Below the pieces are notes generated by a model. It was not told the DNA's origin and did not search any database. It was given only the letters and a program-made list of their open reading frames with translations. From assembly GCA_002633005.1 (NCBI GenBank), contig NMRA01000107.1, forward strand, positions 289,492-353,491: a stretch of DNA of 64,000 nucleotides, read 5' to 3'. Positions 1-12,100 of the stretch are shown piece after piece (the stretch's first letter is position 1; every line of letters begins with the position of its first letter). The translations under genes and the position numbers were made by a program. Origin of the DNA: Phoronis australis (lineage: Eukaryota; Animalia; Phoronida).

Positions 1-154
1 CCTCCGCCTTAATCATAGCGTAGACCATGTAGACAGGTAGAGGAATGATGGAGCATGAAGCTATCGCCCAACCAATACCAATGACATAATTTGGATACCT
101 GTAACTCCCATAGGTGGGCGTGTCATAGTCCTTCAGGCTGAACACTAGAACGGC
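1..154 (-). CDS. SLC6 coding exon 12 (TM11 end-TM12), truncated by window edge
   Basis: Acceptor ttccag ends at 155. Translates [51 protein letters not shown]. Confidence 0.92.
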
Positions 155-3100
155 CTGGAAACATGAATTAACCAACATGTCATGGTCATCACATGACTAC
201 TAAGGCTCCTCCACAAACAGCAGCTTTTTAATAAAATTTTATTAAATACAAAACAGTCTTTTCATCACATCTCTTCTCCCCATTAAATCGACTACCAAAA
301 ATTTTCAATTGACAATTCAAACTGTCAAAGACATTTCCGAAAATTAACTTCCTCCTAACTCTGATGAGAAGTAGATTGTGAAATTGGAAAAAGAATTGGC
401 ATTTGACTAACTTTCAGACCATGCTTGGCACGGAAAATGACCTGTCAAGTGACCTCAAGCTTGTATTGTCTGTGTTCAACCAATGACAGTGGGGTCTTTT
501 GAAGGTCAGAGACCACTACTAATTAGTAACAAGACCAACAGAGGGGGTTGATGTGTGCCCACCATGCGCCTTGTACACAACACAGAGACAAGAGATGATC
601 ATTATTTCACACATCCCCATTAACTTAAAATACCTTTAAGGAGTGCAAAGCATGACAACAATGGCCTCTTTAATAGGCAAATGCCTGCCACCTTTCATAA
701 TTATAGTAAGATTGGCGATGAAGAACAGACACAAAAATACTTAAAAGGCCACTAGGGGGCACAGTGTAGGTCAAACATGGCAGGTACTAGTAATGCAGCA
801 AATAAGTTTCCCTTAAATTTGCCAGTAAGTAGATGTTCCCCGAAGTACCCTTTTATGGAAAATAGTACATTCAAGTAAATGCGTCTTATTTATAAATGAT
901 TAACTTTCGAAACTTTAGACCTTACTGTCAACTCCTTGTGGTCGTATTTTCTTGCATTTCGAAGTTTATTGGATGACCTGTGTGACCATGGTGGTCTGGG
1001 TCAGAGTTAGGTCATAGATGGGTATTCGATATGTTTTTTAACTACTAATTTCATGCGAAACGAAATTCACCAACGTAACAAGTGGAGTGACTCCCTCCAC
1101 AACACCTGCAGACTCACCAACATAACAACTGGAGTGATCACTCTCCACAACACCTCCCAGGCCACAGTCGGAGTACTGCCAACCATGAGACCAATCTCCT
1201 GGCGAAGTCGAGATGCACCTGCAAAATATGGGCAAAGGTGACATTTAACTAAAGCGTACTTGTTAGAACGTTGTGCAATGGAAGATTTACAAAATTGCTA
1301 GATTTGAACATTTGAGTAGATGCATCATTCTGAAGGTTTCAGCAATGTTTAACAAAATTAATCAAAATGGGTGCTCCTCAGGCTCTAAATCGACTAGCAT
1401 TTTGGGATACTCATTGTCATTTCCATAGGAGCACGTAGGTCATATTTTGCAATGATCCTTCAAATGATTACGAACATACAGCCCTGGATGAAAAAATCAA
1501 ATATTATACCTAACGGAAACCTTCCAAAAATCAATGTCAGAGAGTCTTCTTCTCAACAGGAACATAACTGCCAATTTTCATAAAGATCCTTAGAGTGATA
1601 TGGCAGTCATAAACATACGCACACATTTGTAAATGGTTACCAGGTGGCAAAGAAAACATCAAAATCCATCCCAAAATGGGGAGGCATTGTCGTCTCCTTT
1701 ATACAAACCTGTTTGTCGAATATTATGAAAATAGATTCATGAATTCCGAAGATAGAGGTAAAAGTACAAAAATAAAAATTGCCACAAGAGGGCACAGTGG
1801 TATTTGGATCAGTTCGACACTTGCTACCATTTGTCGTTGGCTCCACAGAAATACATCTTCAGAAAACTCGATCCTTCAAAGGGTTAACAACATTCGCCAC
1901 AGACGCAAAAAAACAAAATCGCCACCAGAGGGTGAAACAGTAGTCGGACACATTTGAAAGTCAATGTCAGTCATTCTCATCAGGAACATAGCTGTAAGTT
2001 TTCATAATGATCCTTAGAGCAGTTTGGCAGATAGAGAGGCCGACGCCAGAAAACGGACACAAAGATAATGAAAATTGCCACAAGGAGGCGTAAAATCTAT
2101 CCAAAAATGGAATGGCATCATCGTCTCCTTATTAAAAATCTATCTGCCACATTTTATGAAAATCAATCAAGGAACTCCGAAGATACACAGGCAAATAACA
2201 AAAAAAATTGCCACTAGGGGGCACAGGATTATTCCGATCAGTCAAAACCTTGCCGTCATCTGTCATCAACTACGTACGAACACACCTTTCAAATTTCAGT
2301 AACACCATAGTATAGGTTTAGGAGATACAGCAGCAAACGCCGGATGCCTAGACAGTAATGACGACAGTATGCACCCACATATAAGTATGTGGGCACATAA
2401 AAACATCTCACTGGCCAAGTGACTCACCATAGATCCAAGCAACAACGACACACTCAAAGAACGCAATGGACATGACGGAGAAAGCAGCGCAGTACCAGTC
2501 CATCACCTGGAATAGGTACATTCCACCCTGAAATATAGCAAACAAGTGTGAAACTAACTGATTCACATTAACAATACTCCATCACTTGGAATAGGTAAAT
2601 TCCACCCTGAAATATAACAAGCTAGTGTGAAACTAACTGAAATTCACATTCACTATTAGTCCATTACCTGGAATAGGTACATTCCTACCTGAAATATAGC
2701 AAACAATTGGTGTGAAACTAAATGTCATTTTTATTAATAATAGTCCATCACCTGCAATACTCTACATGACATAACTATAGTATCTTATTAATAATAGTCC
2801 ATCACCTGGAATACTCTACATGACATAACTATAGTACAAGTCATTCTTATTAATAATAGCCCATCACCTGGAATACTCTACATGACATAACTATAGTACA
2901 AGTCATTCTTATTAGTAATAGTCCATCACCTGCAATACTCTACATGACATAACTATAGTACAAGTCATTCTTATTAACAATAGCCCATCACCTGCAATAC
3001 TCTACATGACATAACTATAGTACAAGTCATTCTTATTAGTAATAGTCCATCACCTGCAATACTCTACATGACATAACTATAGTCCATCACCTGCAATACT

Positions 3101-6100
3101 CTACATGACATAACTATAGCCCATCACCTGCAATACTCTACATGACATAACTATAGTACAAGTCAAAAGAAAACGGACAAAGCGTCTCATTATTCTGCAT
3201 TATGACAGCTGAGCGCGAACAGAATTCCATGCTATGACAGTTCGATCACTTATTGTTAAAAAATTGGCTCAAATTGTTCCATAATATATGTGATTACTGG
3301 GCTGCTAACCACTGACAGCTGGTTATCAGGCAAGACTTGCCACATTGTGTCATTTTATTTGCTGACTACAGTCTCAAAGAATAACAAATTGTCAGTTACT
3401 TGCAAGACCAAAAAACCACGTCTCATCTGAGTAACAAATAAGTTGAGACTAATTTTGTAGACGTGGCAATTTCTTTGAGGAAACACAGGATTGCTGCCAT
3501 TTTAAAATGGTGAGCATCATATTTGAATCACGTTAGTACTTCAGAAAACCTGTTGCACAGCCCCATCACTACACTGCCGTTGTTTTTTATCGACAGAATG
3601 TAGCGCGTATAGTACCGTCAGAGGCCCTAAAGTCGTGAGTGCCCTAAAGTCGTGAACGATCTTATTTCCTCTTCTGCGCGGTCCTGCGACATCTGGTGTT
3701 GAAGTTTCCAGCGTTCGTCTGCTTACGAACGTCAAACGAATACCCGGACCTGTTCATATTCACAATATGATAACAAACAGTGAGTGAGTGGCTTCTTTTT
3801 TCAAATGTATCTTAAAAACAGCATATTTCACTAATTCATTTTTTTGGGCATTTTTGGGATATATTTTCGAAAATATTTATCGTTCAGATTTACTCAAACA
3901 CGCGCTCCAGGGGTAGCTTAAACAATGTATCAAAATGTCCCAGGGTTGATCAAGTTTTTTAAGGCCAAAACAATAAAATACAGAGCGATAATTGATGCTG
4001 GGTTCTTAGCGTTTTACGTGAACAACCTCATTGAAAACGTCTGTGCACATCAAAGTTGGGTGCAAAACTTATAACAATTTATTTCAATTGAAACTGAATT
4101 AATAAACAATGCAATGCATTTTATGTCATTTAGAGTAACTGTACGCACTGTAGTTGACTTGTGAGGTCTTACTTCGTGTATTTTCGTCAAACCGAAACGG
4201 TCACGACTTTAAGGCCTCATTCAAAATGGCCGCCGATATCAGCGACCGTTTCAAAACTCTGCTTACGGAGACAAACAAGGATTAAGATTGTCAAAACACG
4301 TATATTTGTGAAGGCTGATATATGTCCATGACATCACAGGAGCAGTTGCTAACGGACATTGGGTAGTATGACAATCGGCACTTATTATGCTCATATTCAC
4401 GACTTTAGGTCACCGGTGTATACGATTCAATTTATGGTAATCACATACAGACACAGGGTTTGACTTGATGGCTAGCAATTCGGCGATGTGACCTTAAGAC
4501 TTTGTTTGATGACCTCGAGAAATACCAAGTCGGCACACACACACATCCGAGCACGCACTCAGAATATTACAGCAAGTGAACAGTTGATGACTCGTACTTA
4601 AACAATGCCTCTTGATTGGCTGCTTCTCACTTAGGTAGAAGGTAGGTGTCCATGGAATATTGAGCCCTAGATCACAATGCACTCCATAATTAGAGCACAT
4701 CATTCAACTTCACATCTACTTTTAAATTCCTGAAATCATTCCTCAGTTTCGAAACCATGCTAAAATTTGCTAAATATTAAGTTATACCGTCTTGCATTTC
4801 TACTTACTTAAGACCCTATGAATGTGAATGACTCATTTATGACTTCATGAAAAACACAAGTGCATTATTATTTTCATTGACTTATCAACAGGCGTAAAAA
4901 CTCAACAAAGCTTCCGTCAGATCTTGGAAACCTGGTCGTTGGCATGTCGAGCAATTTGCAATATCCTTCGCTTGTTATGTGACTGAGTGTGAAAAACAAA
5001 GTGAGAATGACTCCAGTCTACCCAATCAGTTCAAAACTTTTTCACATGAGCATCTGACCATGTCCCTGTCTTGTTACCAAAGAGGCAAACTAATTCAGGG
5101 AGTTATGGAGTTCTGTGAAGAGGTAACTAGCTAGCTAGGTGCAAGGAAATACTTACTTATGGAAACGATACTAAATAAATGTACAAGGTTTTGAAGCAGA
5201 CGCAAGTCTTCAACATACAGTCAACGCCAAGCAGGAGGTAACGGTTGGGTGAAGTGTGGCAATGTTTGCCATGGATTTCAAAATTCTTTAAGGAAATTGA
5301 TTGTGGGCTGAATTCTAACAAGTACTCCTTATGCCGCATGCAAGCGATAGGTTGCTGAGCCATCATATTCTTGTGAAACGCAAGCAATTTAAGGGGTAAT
5401 GATTCAAGAAAGAATAGGACTGTGTACCTCAACAGGGTGGGGCAACTGAATAGATTAAGAGTAGAAAGCAATTCAAGAGCACACGGACATGTGAAATAAG
5501 GGTTCTACAGTGTTAAAATTCAGAATCACCCACTAAAAACTAATTACCGATTTTCCAAGTCTAGGAACTTCTGGGGAGTAACTACACACTACGATAATAC
5601 ACTTTTTAACACTTGTAGCTGTCGAATAAAGGTTAAATCATCTGGACTTACCTTATTACATATGGTGTATCTAACAGCAATTAACCCACCTGCATACAAT
5701 AAGGTATCCCAAGTAACATCATCACGAAGCAGATAACACCACACAGCAGAGTCTTCCTCTTCTGCAAATACTTAGGGTACTCGTCCGCAACACAGCTGAT
5801 GATTGTCTCCACCATACCAAACTATTGAATACCAAGTTACAAGATATTAACATTGAAGCCGATGTTGGGTAAAGAAGACATGTAACTACAAACTAGTAGA
5901 GATTGACAGATGTGCCATCCTCAGCGTCCAATATGACATGTTGTGGTAAGCTGCATCTTCAAGATCCCATCTTCAGTATTTCTATCAATAATGAATTTGA
6001 TTATGTTATTAGAACTGTTATTTTGCTATGGATGTCTGTTAGCATCTTCTGCAATGACTGCATTGAAAAGTCGCATGGTTGAAATTGACACTTACTGAGA

Positions 6101-9100
6101 CTGTCGTTGGCCACACATACTCAGTCTAGGCAACAATTTAATATTTTTCAATAATCCTGACTTTGTTAACCTCCTAATAGGGAAGCGACACCAGTGACAT
6201 GCATGACAGGGTCGCGTCATTTTGAGTCATTTCCGTGCATGAACACGTCATAGGACCACGTACTTGAATGCCTTGCAAAGTTTTCTGACCGTATATTTTT
6301 CATTCGTTCAAGTTGCAAAATTTGCACAGTGAACAAATGGAAGGCATTTGCACTAAGTTTATCTAACTTGCATCTTCAACCATTTTGATGACGACCATAT
6401 GGCAGGAGAGTTCAAGAAAAGTGGCAGGCATTTTCTCATTTCTAAAGTTGCATACTTAGCTACTAGAATACATGCAGCGCTTAGAAAGAGCTGATTTTTT
6501 TGCTTTTCATAACTAGCCTTGTAGCAAATTCTATAAACTTCAGGTCTGTGGAATTCAATTTCAAAGGTCACAGGTAGCCAAGGTGACTCCCTGGCTCCAA
6601 TAAACCCTGGGTAAGAGCTCACTTTTTAATTGCTTGAAATTTCCAATTATACCGCCCACTTCTGGGTGAAGCGGCTGAGTTTGCCAATTGAAGCACACAA
6701 GGTGTTATCCCGCATGTTTACGGAATTAAAACGCAATACGCACGACAGACCAGCAGATGCAAAATTTATGAAGAAAAAGGTCATTACTTTTGTGTGAATT
6801 AAGTCAGAATTACCACAGTATCAACAGGTAGATTATGTAGGACTTAGGAGAGAATTCCGAGTATTCTGCCATATATCTACACAGCTATAGACTTCAACTC
6901 TCAGTAAGAGTGTCTGGTACAATCTCACCAACTCAGGAAACAACATGGCCGACGAGTGAAATTTCTCTTTACATTTTCTTCACAAAAGATAAATAGCACA
7001 AAATAAAGGCTTTACCAGTCTATACTTGTATACCAGAGGTGCCCTCGCACTATCTTTTGAAGTAACTGTGGGCATTCATGCCAACGATGGGGAGGACTTC
7101 GAGAAATGAAAAAGATCAATTTCGCCAAACACTTTTGTATAAAAATGGTGAGATTTTACAGTCCATTTTCTGACAACTCGTAACAGATTTTAGGAGAGCA
7201 TTGCACAAAGCATGGCATGCGTAGTTTAGCAAGTGAAAGTTTCATAAGAGTCTGATCAGCCATATCTGCCATACGATGTCGCAAACTTAGGACGTTTTTT
7301 AGTGTCCTAAAAGTAACATTATTCTAAATGAAACTATTGATTCCCTTCCAAATTGCGTGTCATGCACACTTCCTTGGGCATGTCATGCAGACTTTCTTAA
7401 TGTCCAAAGGAGTTGATTGAAAACTAGGCTTCAAAGATGGAGCAAATTTCACTCCTAATCAAAGACATCAATCAACAAAAAGACAACAAACATAAGGCAA
7501 TTGATGGTACATGACGCAGCATGAAAGGATGCCTTTACCTGAGTGTCGACACCAATGGTCAGCAGTGTGAGAAAGAAACAGATTGCCCAGAACGGAGAGA
7601 TGGGTAGCATGTTGATTGCCTCAGGGTATGCTACAAAAGCCAGTCCTGGGCCTGCAAGAGAAGAACTTTTCTAGAACCAATGAGCATATTAGTGGCTTCA
7701 GCCCCAACATTTCCCACTTCCACTCCACACTATCTCTCTCTCTTTGTCTATATCACTCAGACACGGATTTCAGATGTTTGAAGGGTGTTATAAATCCAAA
7801 AGCTGTACAAATTCGATTGCTCAATTGAATATGAGAACAGACTAATGTAGAAATTCTGTTTTGTAGAATTAAAACAATCCGATAGTAAGGCCGTTATTGT
7901 TCATGTAGTGAAGCAGTTTGATCATCTAAACAGAAAATAATCAACATTTTGGCATGATTGGAAGAGTTGGCCCAGCTAAAGCTGTATACAGTTTGCCAGA
8001 ACATCGTTACAACACTAGATGACTAGCGGTGAAACATGATTGAAAACAAAATGATTTCATGTACGATCATGACAAACAATTCGATGAATTGCATTTTTAT
8101 ATCAAGTGCAAAATGCACATTTTCACTGACAAAAAGAACTTCGGTTGCCAACTGCTGCTTGTACACATTATCTCGATTCTCTTGATTTGGGACATTCAGA
8201 CTTGTGTCAAAAATCGCAAGATCCACCATTTTCATTTGAAAGGTCATATCATATGAAAGCATTTACAGTTCTAAACACTGCCAAGTTCCAGACCCGTTTA
8301 AAAAAGATTAGTCTTGTAGTGTTTGAAATTGAGAAAGTTGGGCAGATTCCCCATTTTGACAACCAATCACTGAACGACAGCAAATCCAGGACTTTATATG
8401 TACATAACTTGTACTGTATTCATACGAGCATCGTAAAACACTTTAGCTGGAATGTAGTAAGTTAAAATGATTTAAATTAGACATGTAACAAAAGTGTTTT
8501 AGCTGCAACGTTTTAACTCATTACATATGCGTAACTGATTTTTTCCGCTGAAAAAGGAAGAGCGCTCAATGCACATGTGCCAAATAATGATACATCACCT
8601 GGCTAATAACATTTTGTGTACAAAAATGGGCAGTTGCCGTTGAACTCCAACAAAATTTTCTTGTGGTACCAAGCTTGGCTGATAAACAAGCATTTTTAAG
8701 CTAAAATGTACCCGGTAAAACATTTTAAATTGATGATCGTGTGAATATAGTTTATGTGGCCGGTAGGCTACTAAGTCGAGTTAAATACATACAGCATATT
8801 CCAATGTTAATGTGTAAAAGCAGCTTACAGTGTGTATACAGTTTTAATTGAGACTTTATGAAACGAGCAACTGTCCTCAGAGGAGGTACTCGGCTCACGT
8901 ATAGATGGGGTTGTGCCATGCTTGAGACCGCACTATTCAACTTGGTACAGATACTTACACAACCATGTCATTTGTCGTGACTTGTGCATTTTTGCATTTA
9001 GTCTGACCAGAAACTTTCATTTTACGCTATTTAATTTATATTTTTTTACTCTTTCAAAGCTCATTACAGCATTCCACTTCTGGTCACTGCATATCTTGAT

Positions 9101-12100
9101 CTTATAGTTATTCCGAACTTCTGACTCTAGCGTATGTAAGCCAGTACTAAGCCCCGATACTTTTTCACCAGAAAATGGCTTTACAAGGCAGCACAGCCCC
9201 ATGAAGTCAGTGTACAGGAGTACCGCTCACCACAAACTGTGAACAAATGTCCTACATTGCAACCACATCAGGAACACTATGTGTTTGCTCATGGAGGAAC
9301 ACACATTGAATGATTACATTTTACAACCTGCTGAATAACCATTTTGTGGACATGCTAAACTGGCAGATGGCCGAGTGCAGGTAAACCAAGCCAAACCAGT
9401 AGCTGACCATAGCAAACTGAGGGAGTGTAGCATAAACTTATGGCAAGTTCTTGTGAAACATTGGCTATCCCCAAGGCAAATAAAACGCCATAAACAATCC
9501 ACTCAGGATTGCAATGGATATGAATGCAAAAAAAACATGCTATTATATGTGCAATACTAACGCTTTAAACAGCAATCAGTGGTGATTTTGGGAATAGGCG
9601 CCTTGACAGCATGGTTGACGCAAAGATTTAACAAACAAAATTACAAACTGAACAAGGTATCCACATACAGTCGCACTGTATGACATTTGTTCACTGAAAA
9701 GTCAACTAAACTAATGTGAAAGAGTGTGACGACTATGTCAGGTCATCATTTGGAAAACTGAGTCTACAACAGAAATCCCGCCAACCATAAAGAACATATC
9801 TTTTGGTTACCACCCCATCACCCCCAACAAGTTTAAGGCAAATTACAGATCACTCATCTAGGTCATCACGCCATGCCAATCATCCCTCTACCCAGATCTA
9901 ATGCCTCTTGGCGCTTTCTGGGTTATGTATATTCATTGTATTCTGAAGATTTCGTAATAAACATTAAAAAAAAAATCATCCCTCTATATCATCACCCTAT
10001 CACCCCCATCGGGGTCTATTTTCCCTCCAGATCATCATCCCATGACCCCAACACGCCCATCATTCTGCTCGGTCAATAGGTCATCACCCCATGATCCCAA
10101 AGTGGTCAAGGAACGGTGAACTAGCAGAACAATGTCCCAAGTTGTGAACGTCAAACTTCCTGAATAACATTGTATATGCCCGACAAATACGCAGCTATCG
10201 CAATAGTGAGTAAAATGGATGCACGGCGCAGGCCTAGCAAGGCGTTGGGGGAAAATACCCCCAAGACATGCAAACAGGGCTCACAGTCGCAGACTGTGGA
10301 AATGAGGTCGGTTACTGAAGACCTCAGCAGATGGCGCAGAAGCTGTTTATCACACTCACACACATACTTCCTTGTTTACAGCCAGAACAGCTGAGGCAAG
10401 ACGGTGTTAGATAACCACAGCAGTGCTGTTGACTCTTGCAACATATCTCAATAAGTAGAGAAGATTTAGACAATGCGTACAAGGATTCTTGTAGGTCTAA
10501 CATCTTCTTGAAAACTTTCAGACTACTAAGAACCTGAATTTACTTCCAGGCAAATATTCTTTGTGACTAGTGACTCACTTGCATGAAGCAGACCCCTGTA
10601 CATGTGTTAAGTCAACTAATGCCATGTTAAGATGTAGGACCATATATGTCCAAATTTGGCTCACTTTGCATCTCAGAAACGGCCAATTTGGATTCATATG
10701 AAACGTATGACATATATTATGCTTTACGCACAGTTCTACATATTTAGAGCTATTAGGAATTGTTTTCAAAGGGTTTCATTTTTGCACGAGGGGCTATAAA
10801 AATAGGACTTTTTACGATTTTCATGAAAAAAAAAATTCAAAGTCTCATGTAATGAAATCAAAATAATATTTCAGCAAACTGTTACAGTGTTTCTGAGATC
10901 TCACCTCGAACATTTATATCAAATAAGAATTGATCATGTTATTGATGTCATTGTTTTGCTAACAATGTACCAGTTTCCTTTTTGCTGAATTTTAGTAAAA
11001 GACATGTTCACATGACCTAATTAATAACAGATTGGCAAAGAGTCAACAATCAAATTCTACAGGAATTTTACTTTCAAAAAATAAATACTTTTACAGACAT
11101 AAAAGTTATAGTTTTGTAGACATTTGGCTGAACAGACAGACTTGTCAATAAGGGCCTACATAATCTTAAAATAAATTAAAATTCTTAAAGAAACTTTACA
11201 GATGCAACACTATGAAAGGGATACACGTGAGTCACACACTTTTGTATGAAATCTAATGAGGAATGTATGATAAGCAGTCAATGATTAACTACATCAACGC
11301 ATCCAAAGGTTTACAGTGAACCAAGCACAGGTCACTTTGAATACATTAGGTTGGTTGGTTTACAACGCTAACTAATGTATTTGGCTTGAGCTTGCAAGAG
11401 TCAGAAGCGTGGCTGAGTAGTTGAGAAAAGAAGTTTAACAAATGACGGAGGTCATCATATACTTCTGGTCAAAGTCATCGCACATACAGTGACGAGAGGC
11501 GATGAGTCTAACCTTGCGTGATCACGTCTTTTATCGGCAATTTAGCCTCCTTGGCCATAAAACCGATTACCGAGAAAATTACAAATCCACCGAAAAAGCT
11601 TGTGAAACAGTTGATAAGCGGCACAATAATCGAGTCCCTTCAAAAACAGAAAGAGCATTAGATTTTAGTTATTGATTGATGGATCAAGAACATTCACTTT
11701 GTAAATCAAAGAATGTTCTAGTTACAGAATGACATTTTTGAGCAAAAGAACAAAAAAATAAATTAAGGAAGTTTTTACAAGTTTGGCTAAGGCTGCATTG
11801 CAATTTGATCCATCATTCATTAACGTCAAATAACAATCGCTAAATTTTGCTTGGGTTTTCAAATAGTTTCCACGAAAAACGGAGTGCTAACTAAAGATTG
11901 TATTTTGTTAACCAAAACTAAACGCACTGTATCAGTTTGAAAGCTAACGGACTGTGCACTTGAAACAACTAATAGATTACACTTGAAAGGCAGACAATTT
12001 TGAAAGTTATATAGGAGTCTAACAGCTACGGAAAAAAATCTTCAGTTTGGGACACAAAAATGGACCGGTGAAATTTTATTACGCCAAACTTCTCAATAAA

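Noticed and set aside
5157-5471. Possible LINE RT remnant (EIHGK..LLLGV) on the minus strand
   Set aside because: The similarity rests on a few residues recalled from memory and is too weak without a search.
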